Positions 27,552-37,908 of a stretch of 64,000 nt of DNA are shown here, piece by piece. The notes beneath the pieces are model-generated. The model saw nothing but the letters and a program-made list of their open reading frames with translations, made no database searches and was not told where the DNA came from. The stretch is from an uncultured Salinisphaerales bacterium (lineage in GTDB: Bacteria > Pseudomonadota > Gammaproteobacteria > Nevskiales > CAJXLF01): assembly GCA_913055805.1 (NCBI GenBank), contig CAJXLF010000014.1:2326-66325 (forward strand), written 5' to 3'. A program made the position numbers and the translations under genes. Position 1 is the first letter of the stretch, and every line of letters starts with the position of its first letter.

Positions 27552-28893
27552 TGCCGTTGCTGTCTTCCATGCCTGGAATGCGATACTCCACGTAGGCATC
27601 GCCACGCAGCCGGCGCAGCCAGCGGTCATATTCCTCGCTGGTACGGCGTTGACGCAGGTGATTTCTGGCTCTGGCGCGCAGCTGTTCATTGGTGATGTCG
27701 CGTTCACGCCGGTCCAGAACCTGGGCAACGTGCCAGCCAAACATGCCCTGGAAGGGTTCGCTGACGACCTGTTTTTCCAGGCTCTCGATTTTCTCGCGGA
27801 AATTCGGTTCGAAGCCCTCAGGTGACTGCCAGCCGAGATCGCCGCCCTCGCTCGCACTGCCGGGATCATCGGAATGCTCCCTTGCCAGCTCGGCGAAATC
27901 GGTGCCGTCCTGTATCTGCCGGTAAATGTCCTGTATCAGTGCTGCGGTGGCTTCTGCATCGCGAATTTCGTTTGGTCTGAGCAGGATATGGCGGGCGTGG
28001 ACTTCCTTTTCCACCAGCCGTTTGCCGCTGGTGCGCGTGTCTTCCAGTTTGACGATATGGAAGCCGCTGTCGCTGGTCAGCAGCGGTCCGATATCACCCT
28101 TTTTCATGCCGGGAACGGTGTCCGCAAAGATTGTCGGCAGCAGATGTCCCTCAATCCAGCCAAGATCGCCGCCTTCAAGAGCCTGCTGCCCATCCGATTC
28201 CTTCTGCGCCATTTGCGCGAAATCGGCGCCTTCCTGCAATTCACCCAGCAGTCGTTCCGCTTTTTTGCGGGCGGTCTGGCGGGCGTCGGGGTCCACGTTG
28301 GGCGGCACGGCCACCAGAATCTGGAGTATGCGGTATTCGCGGCCACTGTCTTTTGCCTCAGCCTGCAGAAGCAGATCCACATCCCGGTCGGTCACCGTGA
28401 CGCGACTATCGACTTCACGTTGTCGGAGCCGATTGATAAGGATCTCGTCGCGGAGTTGCTGTCGGTAAAAATTGTAGTCGATACCTTCGTTGGCCAAGGC
28501 TTCGCGGAAGGTTGGCAGGTCCATGTTATTGCGCTGCGCCAGTGTTTCCAGAGCATGGTTGATGTCTTCGTCACCGACGGTGATGCCGGTGGTTTTTGCG
28601 CGTTGTGTCTGCAGGCGGGTGAGAATCAGGCGTTCGAGTACCCGGCGTTGTAAATCGTCCTGCGGAGGGATGGGCGCACCCTGGCTGCGAAGCTGACGCA
28701 GTATTTCCTTTTCGGCGCTTTCAAGCTCACTGGCCAGAATAATGTCTTCGCCGGCCACGGCAACGATACGATCGAGTGATTCGGCAAAGGCCGCCGGAGC
28801 CGTTGACAAGAGGAATAGGCCGCATAGTAATCCGGCAGCAGCAGCGAGAAACCGGCTCATGGGCGGGCGTTGGGTGGTCGTATATTTATTCAT
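27538..28893 (-). CDS. surA: Periplasmic chaperone / PPIase SurA
   Basis: Signal peptide, SurA N-domain and two parvulin domains. Conserved lptD-surA-pdxA order. An alternative ATG lies at 28860. Confidence 0.9.
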   Translation of the reverse strand: MNKYTTTQRPPMSRFLAAAAGLLCGLFLLSTAPAAFAESLDRIVAVAGEDIILASELESAEKEILRQLRSQGAPIPPQDDLQRRVLERLILTRLQTQRAKTTGITVGDEDINHALETLAQRNNMDLPTFREALANEGIDYNFYRQQLRDEILINRLRQREVDSRVTVTDRDVDLLLQAEAKDSGREYRILQILVAVPPNVDPDARQTARKKAERLLGELQEGADFAQMAQKESDGQQALEGGDLGWIEGHLLPTIFADTVPGMKKGDIGPLLTSDSGFHIVKLEDTRTSGKRLVEKEVHARHILLRPNEIRDAEATAALIQDIYRQIQDGTDFAELAREHSDDPGSASEGGDLGWQSPEGFEPNFREKIESLEKQVVSEPFQGMFGWHVAQVLDRRERDITNEQLRARARNHLRQRRTSEEYDRWLRRLRGDAYVEYRIPGMEDSNGSEGG

Positions 28894-28898
28894 CAAAA

Positions 28899-31106
28899 TC
28901 AGTAATTTACGTTGCGCAAGGGGTCGCGTTCCAGCAAGCTGTCGAAGTTGTCGCCAAACTGCGCCAGACCCAGTAGATCAAATTGGACGTAGAAAGCGTT
29001 GTTATGTTCCCCGAGGTCGCCGTTCAGATAGCGGCGGAAGGCAGCCATCACGGACCAGCAGCAGCTGCGGTATTGCAGGCCGATCAGGCTTTCGATGTCC
29101 TCGTCATCCTTGAGTGAGTAATTCCAGCGGCCGATCGCCCGCCACTGCTGACCGAGAGGTACGCCAAAGCTGAGGTCGGTCTGTTCAAGCAGTTGACGGC
29201 GGAAGCGGTAGGCCACGCCTACCAGGCGTTCCTGTTCGTCGTTGTAGCGAACCCGTACGCTACCGCGGTTGAATTCGCTGTCATCGGTGTCGTACTGGGC
29301 CGACACACCGGCAGTCCAGTTGCGACGGAAGTGCCACTGAATGTCGTTGACCAGGTCAGATTTGCTGTTGTCTGGCTGCGGGGCGCCCGGCAGGAAGACC
29401 TCGGGATCGCTGAAGCGGTAAATCTGTCCCAGGCTGTATTCCAGCCAGACGCTGCCGTCATCGGCATCCAGCCAGCGCGAGGTGACTGCCAGTGCGACAT
29501 GGTTGGCGTCGCCAATGCGGTCCACGCCTGTATAGCGGTTTTCCTCAAACAGGCGGTAGAACAGGAAGTCCGGATCACCGCTGTCGAAGATGGGCAGGTC
29601 GTCCTGCTCTTCGCGGGATACGTACTGGTAGAAGACGCGCGGCTGCAGAGTCTGCAGCCGTCCGCCGCTCAGCAGACGTTCATAACGCTGCCCGAATTCG
29701 ACGTGGAAGCTGGGCAGTGTGCGGTCCGGCTGGTCATCCACGCCGAGGGCAACGTTATCCAGGCGATAGGCTGTGTAGCGCAGCGCCGCTTCGCTGTCGA
29801 TGTAATTGCCGCCGTTATCCCATTTCCAGCTGACGCGCGGGCGTAGATCAAAGCGTTCGCCGGCGACACGGGTGTCGTCATCATGCTCGAAGCTTGTAGC
29901 TTCGCTGTCCAGGCCAAACTGGAAACCGACCATATAGGGTGTAATGACGTGCAGGCGCACTTGCGGCAGGCGGGTATAGGGGCGGTCTGTGAGGGCGATG
30001 GCGTTGTCGATGGTCTGATAGTCCTGGACCACCGCGCTGCCCCAGAACCAGCGACTCGGTTGCCAGCGAATGCTCAGCCCCTGATCAAGATGCGTCTGTG
30101 CATTGGCGCCAACGTTGGTATCCAGATCGCGGAAGTAATCGTTATCACTGATGCGGGAATAGTCCACGTTTATGCGGCTGTGCGTAGTGAGGTAGCCGTC
30201 ATGCCTGTAGAACACCAGGTCGCGGTCATCGTTGGTGCGTTCGTCATCAAACAGATGTTCGCCGGCCAGCACGCCACTGCCGCCAAGGGCCAGATAACGG
30301 AATTCGCCGCCCAGCTGAAAACCACGTTCGGACATGTGCCGGGGCGTCAGTGTGGCATCGTAATTGGGCGCTATATTGAAATAATACGGTGTGCTGATGT
30401 CAAAACCCGTATTTTCCGAATCGCCGATTTTGGGAGGCAGGAAGCCGGTCTGGCGGCGTTCGTCAATCGGGAACCAGAAATAAGGCATGTAGAGAACGGG
30501 CACATCCTTGACGCGCAGCTGGGTACCCCAGGCCTTGCCCCAGCCGGTGTTGTTGTCCAGTTCCACGCGTTTGGCCTTGAGCGTCCAGAATTCTTCACCT
30601 TCCGGGCAGGTGGTGTATTCGGCATTATCCAGTGCAAGGCTGCCCTGGCCGTCACTGGAGAGCACGTCTGCGCTGCCGCGCGCCATACCCTGAGTCATGG
30701 CAAAACGGCTGTCGTAGAACTCACCTTTTTCCCGGGCGACCTCTAAATCGGCGCTTTCGGCGGCAACGCTGAATTCCTGTGAGCGAAAGCGGGCATTGCC
30801 TTTGACCTGGGCGCGGCCGGTATCGCGGTTATAGCGGATTTCATCCGCCTCCATGGCGCGACCTTCCTGTTCCAGACGTACGTTGCCGCGTAATACCGAA
30901 TTGCCGCCATCATCCAGCTCCGCCGAGTCGGCAGTCAGTTCAGTCGGGGCATCGGGGTTTTCAGGCAAGGCGACATCCACAACCTTGGGCAATGGGCACT
31001 CCATGGCCAGGCCAGGCAGTGTCACCAGACTGAGTACAGCGAACAGGCTTGCCGAGCGCAGGCCCGGCGACCGGGGGCGTGTCAGTTTCTGGGTTTTCAA
31101 GACCAT
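28899..31106 (-). CDS. lptD: LPS-assembly outer membrane protein LptD
   Basis: 735 aa with an OstA-like N-domain followed by a large beta-barrel. Located upstream of surA. Confidence 0.9.
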   Translation of the reverse strand: MVLKTQKLTRPRSPGLRSASLFAVLSLVTLPGLAMECPLPKVVDVALPENPDAPTELTADSAELDDGGNSVLRGNVRLEQEGRAMEADEIRYNRDTGRAQVKGNARFRSQEFSVAAESADLEVAREKGEFYDSRFAMTQGMARGSADVLSSDGQGSLALDNAEYTTCPEGEEFWTLKAKRVELDNNTGWGKAWGTQLRVKDVPVLYMPYFWFPIDERRQTGFLPPKIGDSENTGFDISTPYYFNIAPNYDATLTPRHMSERGFQLGGEFRYLALGGSGVLAGEHLFDDERTNDDRDLVFYRHDGYLTTHSRINVDYSRISDNDYFRDLDTNVGANAQTHLDQGLSIRWQPSRWFWGSAVVQDYQTIDNAIALTDRPYTRLPQVRLHVITPYMVGFQFGLDSEATSFEHDDDTRVAGERFDLRPRVSWKWDNGGNYIDSEAALRYTAYRLDNVALGVDDQPDRTLPSFHVEFGQRYERLLSGGRLQTLQPRVFYQYVSREEQDDLPIFDSGDPDFLFYRLFEENRYTGVDRIGDANHVALAVTSRWLDADDGSVWLEYSLGQIYRFSDPEVFLPGAPQPDNSKSDLVNDIQWHFRRNWTAGVSAQYDTDDSEFNRGSVRVRYNDEQERLVGVAYRFRRQLLEQTDLSFGVPLGQQWRAIGRWNYSLKDDEDIESLIGLQYRSCCWSVMAAFRRYLNGDLGEHNNAFYVQFDLLGLAQFGDNFDSLLERDPLRNVNY

Positions 31107-31248
31107 GTCTCGCTTTGCTGTGCGTATCAGGACGCTGTGACGATTGTTCGTGGTGAGGCCATTATGCGAGGATGGCCGCTAGTGGCGCAACGTAGCCCTG
31201 TTTTCGGTCCCTGCGTTATAAACTGTAAAAACGAATCACGGGGTACCT

Positions 31249-32259
31249 ATGTCCGAGTCCAATCTGAGTACGCAGTCCGAGAATCCGCCCGACCAGCGAC
31301 TGCTGGCGATCAACGAGTGGTTGCGCGGGGTGCTGCTTGAAGGTTTCGAGCCTCTGGAGCCTGCGTCTTCGGATGCCAGCTTCCGACGCTATTTCCGTAC
31401 CGTCAGTCAGGGGCGCAGCTATATCATCATGGATGCGCCGCCAGCGCAGGAAGACAGCCGTCCCTTTATCAAGGTCGCCGATTTGCTGGCTCAGGCCGGT
31501 CTGCATGCGCCCCGTGTACTGGCCCAGGATCTGGCGCAGGGTTTCCTTTTGCTCACGGATATGGGTAGCCAAACCTATATGTCAGCCGTGCAGACCGGCG
31601 ATGCCGATAGCCTGATGCGGGATGCCGTGGACGCGCTGGTTGTCTGGCAGCAGGCCAGTCGCGAGCAGGTCTTGCCGCTTTATGATCGTGCCTTGCTACA
31701 GCGGGAACTGGATCTGTTTCCCGACTGGTATGTGGCGCGCCATCTGCAGCGTGAGCTGAATGCTGACCAGCGGGAAGACTGGCAGCAGGTCTGTCATTTA
31801 CTGGTCGATGCCGCACTGGCGCAGCCGCGTGTCTATGTGCATCGGGACTACATGCCGCGCAATCTCATGGTCTGTGACCCTAATCCCGGCATTCTGGATT
31901 TTCAGGACGCGGTCGAGGGGCCCATTGCCTATGACGTGCTTTCTTTATTCAAGGATGCGTTCCTGAGCTGGGCGCCGGAGCAGGTGGCAGGTTGGCGGCA
32001 TTACTACTGGGCACAGGCTCAGGCGGCGGGGCTGCCGGTGGGTGAGGAGGCAGATTTCATTCGCGCCTTCGACTGGATCGGGTTGCAACGTCACTTGAAG
32101 GTCATCGGCATTTTTGCACGCATCCGCTACCGCGATGGCAAACCGCACTATCTGGAAGATGTGCCACGCTTTGTTCGGTATATACGCGAGGTGCTGCCGG
32201 CTTATGAAGAAATGCTGCCGCTGGCGCGGTTGTTTGATTCGTTGGGGATGGCGGCCTGA
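31249..32259 (+). CDS. amgK: N-acetylmuramate/N-acetylglucosamine kinase (APH-fold), AmgK-like
   Basis: Phosphotransferase catalytic loop HRDYMPRNLMV. Divergent from lptD and coupled to a MurU-like gene, as in Pseudomonas. Confidence 0.7.
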   Translation: MSESNLSTQSENPPDQRLLAINEWLRGVLLEGFEPLEPASSDASFRRYFRTVSQGRSYIIMDAPPAQEDSRPFIKVADLLAQAGLHAPRVLAQDLAQGFLLLTDMGSQTYMSAVQTGDADSLMRDAVDALVVWQQASREQVLPLYDRALLQRELDLFPDWYVARHLQRELNADQREDWQQVCHLLVDAALAQPRVYVHRDYMPRNLMVCDPNPGILDFQDAVEGPIAYDVLSLFKDAFLSWAPEQVAGWRHYYWAQAQAAGLPVGEEADFIRAFDWIGLQRHLKVIGIFARIRYRDGKPHYLEDVPRFVRYIREVLPAYEEMLPLARLFDSLGMAA

Positions 32260-32966
32260 TGACGGGGGCGATGCCGGTCATGATCATGGCGGCAGGACGC
32301 GGCGAACGTATGCGTCCGCTGACCGATAGCAGGCCCAAGCCATTGCTGGAGGTGGCAGGCAAGCCGCTGTTGGCCTATCACCTGGAACGCCTGGCCGATG
32401 CCGGATTTAGCCGGGTGGTGGTTAATCTGGCTTATCTCGGAGATCAGATTGAGACCTGGCTGGGCGACGGTAGCCGTTTTGGCATGCGTGTGCGTTACTC
32501 GCGTGAACCCGAGGGCGCCCTGGAGACCGGCGGGGGGATGCGTCATGCCCTGCCATTGCTCGGGCCCGGGCCGTTCATGGTCGTGAATGGCGATGTCTGG
32601 ACCGATTATCCTTTCGTGCAATTGCGTGAATTTACTCTGGCCGACAAGGACCTGGCGCATCTGGTGATGGTGCCCAATCCACCCCAGCATCCGGAAGGTG
32701 ATTTCGTACTGAATAATGGACGTCTCAGTCAGGGCGATTGCGAACGGCTGACCTATAGCGGCATCGGGGTTTACCGGGCGGAGCTGGTTGCCGGTGAGCG
32801 GCCTGATCGCTTTCCATTGGCGCCATTGCTGATTCAGGCGATGAATCAGGGCCGGGTGAGCGGTGAGTGTTATCGGGGTGGCTGGGATGATATTGGCACG
32901 CCGGCGCGTCTGGAGGCGCTGGCTCAGCGTCTGCAGGCGCCCGCGCGCCGGGCAGTGGACCGCTAG
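32259..32966 (+). CDS. murU: N-acetylmuramate alpha-1-phosphate uridylyltransferase, MurU-like
   Basis: MIMAAGRGERMRPLT nucleotidyltransferase loop. The start overlaps the amgK stop by 1 nt. Confidence 0.7.
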   Translation: MTGAMPVMIMAAGRGERMRPLTDSRPKPLLEVAGKPLLAYHLERLADAGFSRVVVNLAYLGDQIETWLGDGSRFGMRVRYSREPEGALETGGGMRHALPLLGPGPFMVVNGDVWTDYPFVQLREFTLADKDLAHLVMVPNPPQHPEGDFVLNNGRLSQGDCERLTYSGIGVYRAELVAGERPDRFPLAPLLIQAMNQGRVSGECYRGGWDDIGTPARLEALAQRLQAPARRAVDR

Positions 32967-32986
32967 CAGCGCGGGAGCCGTAAGCG

Positions 32987-34411
32987 GTGGGTCAGGAAAT
33001 CGATCACTGGCAATTCGCGGAGGCAGACCGCAAGGCGTTTTTCGAACGTCTGCTTTCCGAAACACAGCACCTGACCCAGTGGGAGGCGGCGGGACGATTT
33101 CTGGATGCTCCGGCCACAGTAGGTTATGAACTGGAGTCCTGCCTGGTGGATCAGCAATTCCGGCCCGCTGATGCCAACAGCGAATTTATTCAACGCCTGT
33201 CGGTGCCGGCGGTGGTGCCGGAACTGGCCCGTTCCAACGTTGAATTCAATGGCCCACCGCAGGAACTGGCAGGTGACGGGCTGTTGAAGTTGCATCGGGA
33301 ACTCGACGAGTCCCTGGGGCGGGCGCGCGAAGTCGCCAGGGGTTTGGGTCTGAAAATTCTCATGATAGGTATTCTGCCGACACTGCGGGAAGATGATCTC
33401 TGCCTGCAGCATATTTCCGAATCCCGGCGCTATTACGCCATGAATAGCGCGCTGGCCGAACTGCGGGGCAGCGAGACCGTCAGGTTGCATATTCGGGGTA
33501 ATCGCAGGGAACCCGTCGTTGGAGCGCAGGAATATCGTGGTGAATTCGACAGCATCATGCCTGAGTCGGCAACCACTTCATTCCAGCTGCATATGCGGCT
33601 GCCAGTGAGCTATGCAGCAGCCTGGTACAACGCCTCCCTGCTGGCCAGTGCCCCGGTGCTGGCGGTTTCTGCCAATGCGCCATTGCTGTTTGGTCATGAC
33701 TTATGGGCGGAGACAAGGATCCCCGTCTTTAGCCAATCGGTGAATGTGCCTGGCGTGCACTATGTCAATTTCGGACAGGATTATCTGCGTACCGAGGTGA
33801 GCGAACTTTTCGAGCGCAATCTGCGTTATCCCCCACTGCTGCCGGTGGCAATGGAAGAACGAGGGCTGCCGCATCTGAAGCTGCACAATGGCACGATCTG
33901 GCGCTGGAACCGGGTGATACTGGATGGTGACGACGATGAGCCGCCCCGGCAGCACCTGCACTACCGGCTTGAACATCGCAGCCTGCCGAGTGGGCCGAGC
34001 ACAATTGACATGGTTGCTAATGCTGCATTCTTCTGGGGGCTGATGACTGCGCTCAGCGAGACGGATCCCGGCATCAGCTTTCATCGTGCACGACTGAATT
34101 TTTATCGTGCCGCGCGCTATGGCATGGATGCCCGGTTACGTTGGCGGGACGGGCGCGAATACGCCGCCTGCGAATTGATTGAGGCGCAGTTGTTGCCGGC
34201 GGCGCGGCAGGGATTGATACGTATGAATGTTAATGGCGATGCAATTCAACACTACCTGGGGGTGATTCGTGAGCGGGTCAGGCGTGGGCTCAGCGGTGCG
34301 GGTTGGCAGCGTGCCTGGCTGCGGCGTCATGGCGGCGGCATAAGCGACATGCTGGCTGCCTACGAGGCCCATCAATGGTCTGGACGACCGGTGGCGGAAT
34401 GGGAAATATAG
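32987..34411 (+). CDS. Glutamate-cysteine-ligase family 2 (GCS2/YbdK-like) carboxylate-amine ligase, long form
   Basis: VGYELESCLVD... and overall GCS2-like pattern. GTG start with a GGGAG SD. 474 aa. Family assignment is by eye only. Confidence 0.55.
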   Translation: MGQEIDHWQFAEADRKAFFERLLSETQHLTQWEAAGRFLDAPATVGYELESCLVDQQFRPADANSEFIQRLSVPAVVPELARSNVEFNGPPQELAGDGLLKLHRELDESLGRAREVARGLGLKILMIGILPTLREDDLCLQHISESRRYYAMNSALAELRGSETVRLHIRGNRREPVVGAQEYRGEFDSIMPESATTSFQLHMRLPVSYAAAWYNASLLASAPVLAVSANAPLLFGHDLWAETRIPVFSQSVNVPGVHYVNFGQDYLRTEVSELFERNLRYPPLLPVAMEERGLPHLKLHNGTIWRWNRVILDGDDDEPPRQHLHYRLEHRSLPSGPSTIDMVANAAFFWGLMTALSETDPGISFHRARLNFYRAARYGMDARLRWRDGREYAACELIEAQLLPAARQGLIRMNVNGDAIQHYLGVIRERVRRGLSGAGWQRAWLRRHGGGISDMLAAYEAHQWSGRPVAEWEI

Positions 34412-34413
34412 GA

Positions 34414-35427
34414 ATGCTGGCTGAATATGACTGCCTGCCCGAAGGTTTCCTGGAGGCGGACGTCACTGAGTTAAGCCGTCTCCTGGGCGGGCCCAGTCTG
34501 ATTCATTTGCCCGGGGAAGAAACCCGACCGCTATTTCTTTCCATGCTGCTGCATGGTAACGAAACCACGGGGTTCCTGGCTGTGCAGCGGCTTCTCAGGG
34601 AATTCGGCAAACGCCCCTTGCCGCGTGCACTTTCCCTGTTTGTTGGCAACGTTGAGGCAGCCGCGCAGGGGCTGCGCGTGTTACCCGGACAGAATGATTT
34701 CAATCGCATCTGGCCGGCGGCGGATGGCACGGCGGCCGCACTGGCCAGCGCGCAGGAAGCGCGGATGACAGCCCATGTTGTCAATCAAATGCGTCGCCAA
34801 AATGTTTTTGCCAGCATTGATCTGCACAACACCAGCGGCCGTAATCCGCATCATGCCTGTGTGACTACGCCGAGTGCGGCCAATCTTTATCTGGCCAGCA
34901 TGTTTTCGCGCCAGATCTTGCACTTCAACAGTCCCGCGGGTGTGCAGAACATGGCCTTTGATGGCTTGTGCCCCGCGATAACGGCAGAGTGCGGGCAGGC
35001 GGGGCGCAGTGATGGCGTGGGTCTGACCGTTGAGTTCCTGCATCGTTGCCTGCATTTGAAAACCTTGCCGCAAACCATGCCCGAAGGGGATTTTGAGCTC
35101 TATCGCTCTCTGGTTCGGGTACAGATACCCGAACGGATCGATTTCAGTTTTGGCGCATCCGGCGCGCCCTTGAAGCTGGTTGCCGATATGGACGGTTACA
35201 ACTGGCGGGAACTGCCGGTGGGTACGCAGATAGCGACCGTGGAGGGCGTGTCCGGTCCTGTATTGGCTGCACTGACGCCCGACGGCCGCGATGTGGCGCA
35301 TGAGTTCCTGGAGCGGGATGGTGAAAAATTGCGTACCCGACGCCCCCTGGTGCCAGCCATGGTGAGCCTTGATCGGGGCATCATTAGACAAGACTGCTTG
35401 TGCTATTTTTTGGAGCGTGTATCCTAA
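34414..35427 (+). CDS. Succinylglutamate desuccinylase/aspartoacylase (AstE/AspA, M14-like) family zinc hydrolase
   Basis: LLHGNETTG zinc-binding motif. ATG lies 2 nt after the upstream stop. Confidence 0.6.
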   Translation: MLAEYDCLPEGFLEADVTELSRLLGGPSLIHLPGEETRPLFLSMLLHGNETTGFLAVQRLLREFGKRPLPRALSLFVGNVEAAAQGLRVLPGQNDFNRIWPAADGTAAALASAQEARMTAHVVNQMRRQNVFASIDLHNTSGRNPHHACVTTPSAANLYLASMFSRQILHFNSPAGVQNMAFDGLCPAITAECGQAGRSDGVGLTVEFLHRCLHLKTLPQTMPEGDFELYRSLVRVQIPERIDFSFGASGAPLKLVADMDGYNWRELPVGTQIATVEGVSGPVLAALTPDGRDVAHEFLERDGEKLRTRRPLVPAMVSLDRGIIRQDCLCYFLERVS

Positions 35428-35490
35428 CTTACTGTTCCTGCCTGTCGTCGGGATGACGGTGTGCGGGAGGCCTTTAAGGAAGGGGGAATT

Positions 35491-35967
35491 ATGCGTTTGC
35501 CTTGGCAACTAATCCTGTTGGCTGGCGGCCTCAGTACAGTGGTGGCCTGTGCGCCCAGTCAATATCATGCAGATCGTGAGTCTTTGCGCGTGGTTACTGT
35601 GGTGCCAACCGAAACCTATGAATCCAACGGTGAGCTTGCACGCACCGAAAGCATCATTGCGCATGCCGAAGAGGCCAATGCGCGGCGTCATGACCCTGCC
35701 ATGCTGGCTGCGGCTTACGACAAGCTCGAATCCGCACGCGCCGCTTTTGCGATGGCGGAAGAAGACGACGAGATGGATGAGGATGATGACGGCTTCATCA
35801 ATGCCTTGTGGCTTTCTCAGGAAGCACTGGCTGACGCCGAGTTGGCGCTGGCTAATGCTGAAGCCAACAAGGAAGAAGCGCGTCTGGTAGAACTGCAGAA
35901 GAACGTGCAGGCTTTGCGGACCGAACTCAAACGCATGGCTGATGACATGGTGGAGGGTGAAGAATGA
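35491..35967 (+). CDS. DUF4398-like lipoprotein with acidic tract
   Basis: Lipobox TVVAC and helical content. Contains the acidic tract EEDDEMDEDDDG. Confidence 0.55.
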   Translation: MRLPWQLILLAGGLSTVVACAPSQYHADRESLRVVTVVPTETYESNGELARTESIIAHAEEANARRHDPAMLAAAYDKLESARAAFAMAEEDDEMDEDDDGFINALWLSQEALADAELALANAEANKEEARLVELQKNVQALRTELKRMADDMVEGEE

Positions 35968-36797
35968 TAAAGCGACTCTTACCAGCCGCTGTCTTGATGG
36001 CCGCTGGAGCGGTGCCGCTGTTATCCGGTTGTGCTTCCACCGGTTACGGTGCTGAAGAACTGGAGCGGGCCCGAGCCGCAGTGGCGCGTGCCGAGCAGAA
36101 CCCTTCCGTGGGCAGTCATGCACCGGTAGATCTGAAAAAAGCCCAGGAAAGTCTCGGCCGTGCCGAGTACGTCTGGTATGAAGAAGACGGTAGCCTTGAC
36201 GAGGAAGAAGGCAAGCACGTTGTGCATTACAGCTATCTCGCCGAGCGTTATGCCAGCGTGGCTGAAGCCAAGGCGCGCAAGGCCGATGCCCAGCTGATCT
36301 GGGAACGTACTCTGGCGGAACAGGCTGAGGCGACGCGAGAAGCCAAGGCGATTGGAGCCGCACAGCGCGCCAAGCTGGCTGAACTGCAGCGTCAGATTGA
36401 CGAATTGCAGGCCAATCAGGCCACTACGCGTATCGATGATAATCGCGGCCTTGTGATTACGCTCTCGGACGTACTGTTCGCCTTTGACAGTGCGCATGTG
36501 AGCAATGAGTACGGCGCCATGGTGCAGCGTGTCGTGACGTTCCTGCAGGACAATCCCGACTACACGCTGACGGTGGAAGGGCATACCGACAATACCGGTA
36601 CCGACTCCTACAACCAGGCGCTGTCAGAGCGTCGCGCGGACTCCGTGCGCCAGGCGTTGGTCCAGTACGGTGCAGATCCCGGCCGTGTTTTTGCGGTAGG
36701 TTTTGGCGAATCCCGTCCAGTGGCGAGCAACAGTACCCATGAAGGCCGGGCTCAGAACCGCCGCGTGGAAATCGTGATTAACCGCGCCGCACAGTAA
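35964..36797 (+). CDS. OmpA-family peptidoglycan-binding lipoprotein (DUF4398-like N-domain)
   Basis: Lipobox LLSGC. C-terminal OmpA_C motif TDNTGTDSYNQALSERRADSV...NRRVEIV. ATGA overlap with the upstream gene. Confidence 0.8.
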   Translation: MIKRLLPAAVLMAAGAVPLLSGCASTGYGAEELERARAAVARAEQNPSVGSHAPVDLKKAQESLGRAEYVWYEEDGSLDEEEGKHVVHYSYLAERYASVAEAKARKADAQLIWERTLAEQAEATREAKAIGAAQRAKLAELQRQIDELQANQATTRIDDNRGLVITLSDVLFAFDSAHVSNEYGAMVQRVVTFLQDNPDYTLTVEGHTDNTGTDSYNQALSERRADSVRQALVQYGADPGRVFAVGFGESRPVASNSTHEGRAQNRRVEIVINRAAQ

Positions 36798-36820
36798 GCG
36801 AAAAAAGCGGAGCTTCACAA

Positions 36821-36849
36821 AAAAGCGCATCTTAGGATGCGCTTTTTTT
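36821..36849. terminator. Bidirectional rho-independent terminator (ompA-like / lipA convergent pair)
   Basis: AAAA-GCGCATC-ttag-GATGCGC-TTTTTTT, with A- and T-tracts on both sides. Confidence 0.75.
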
Positions 36850-36901
36850 ATGAGTTGGAGATTGTGGCAATGCGGTGCCGAGCTGGCCCGTAATCTGGCG
36901 A

Positions 36902-37891
36902 TCAGGCGACGGCTTCTGAAAAGCTGCCTTCCGCCTGCAGGTCGGCATGATAAGAGGAACGCACCAGAGGCCCGCTGGCGACATGCTTGAAGCCCATCGC
37001 TTCGCCAACTTCGCGCAGGCGGTTGAATTCATCGGGATGCACATAGCGCACCACTGGCAGGTGGTGGCGGCTGGGTTGCAGATACTGTCCCAGAGTCAGC
37101 ATATCGACATTGTGATCGCGCAAATCCTGCATCACTTGTTCAATTTCACTGATTTCCTCGCCCAGGCCAAGCATCAGTCCGGATTTGGTGGGGACTTCAG
37201 GGTGGCGTTCCTTGAAGCGTTGCAGCAGCGAAAGGGACCACTGGTAATCGGAACCCGGGCGGGCCTGTAGATAAAGGCGCGGCACAGTCTCCAGGTTGTG
37301 GTTGAACACGTCCGGCGGGCTGTCCCAGAGGGCGTCCAGGGCGGGATCCATGCGGCCGCGGAAGTCCGGAACCAGAACCTCGATACGAATTTCAGGATTC
37401 CGCGTTCTGACTTCGCGAATGCAGCTTGCGAAATGAGCGGCTCCGCCATCCTTGAGATCGTCCCGGTCCACTGACGTGATCACCACGTAGCGCAGGCCCA
37501 TGGCCTTGATGGTTTCTGCCAGGTGCAGGGGTTCATCGCCATCCAGTGCCTGCGGCCGCCCGTGGGCGACGTCGCAGAACGGGCAGCGCCGTGTGCAGAT
37601 ATCGCCCATGATCATGAATGTCGCTGTGCCCTTGCCGAAACATTCATCCAGATTGGGGCAGGAGGCTTCCTCACAGACGGTATGCAACCGCTGCTCGCGA
37701 AGTACATCCTTAAGACGTTTGACCTGAGGGCTGTGGCTCAGCCGTATGCGAATCCAGTCGGGTTTGCGCAACGGCGTTTCGGTTGGTTCAACTTTAACCG
37801 GAATACGCGCCATCTTTTCCGCGCCGCGCTGCTTGCGCGACGGGTCAGGCTGGACAACAGACGCCAGTGAAACAGGTTCTTGTTCGCTCAT
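36902..37891 (-). CDS. lipA: Lipoyl synthase
   Basis: Radical-[13 protein letters not shown] plus the N-terminal cluster [15 protein letters not shown] 37891 is preferred to the track TTG at 37912. Confidence 0.9.
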   Translation of the reverse strand: MSEQEPVSLASVVQPDPSRKQRGAEKMARIPVKVEPTETPLRKPDWIRIRLSHSPQVKRLKDVLREQRLHTVCEEASCPNLDECFGKGTATFMIMGDICTRRCPFCDVAHGRPQALDGDEPLHLAETIKAMGLRYVVITSVDRDDLKDGGAAHFASCIREVRTRNPEIRIEVLVPDFRGRMDPALDALWDSPPDVFNHNLETVPRLYLQARPGSDYQWSLSLLQRFKERHPEVPTKSGLMLGLGEEISEIEQVMQDLRDHNVDMLTLGQYLQPSRHHLPVVRYVHPDEFNRLREVGEAMGFKHVASGPLVRSSYHADLQAEGSFSEAVA

Positions 37892-37908
37892 GAGGCGCAC
37901 ATTGTAGC

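Noticed and set aside
26520-27869. N-terminally extended ORFs in the track: pdxA 449 aa, hemJ 292 aa (57165-58043), pilR 482 aa, rnt 249 aa, bfd 129 aa, pilin 2 174 aa, ampD 205 aa.
   Set aside because: The extensions run through neighbouring genes or intergenic DNA. Internal starts give family-typical N-termini, SD sequences and ATGA/TGATG coupling with the upstream stop.
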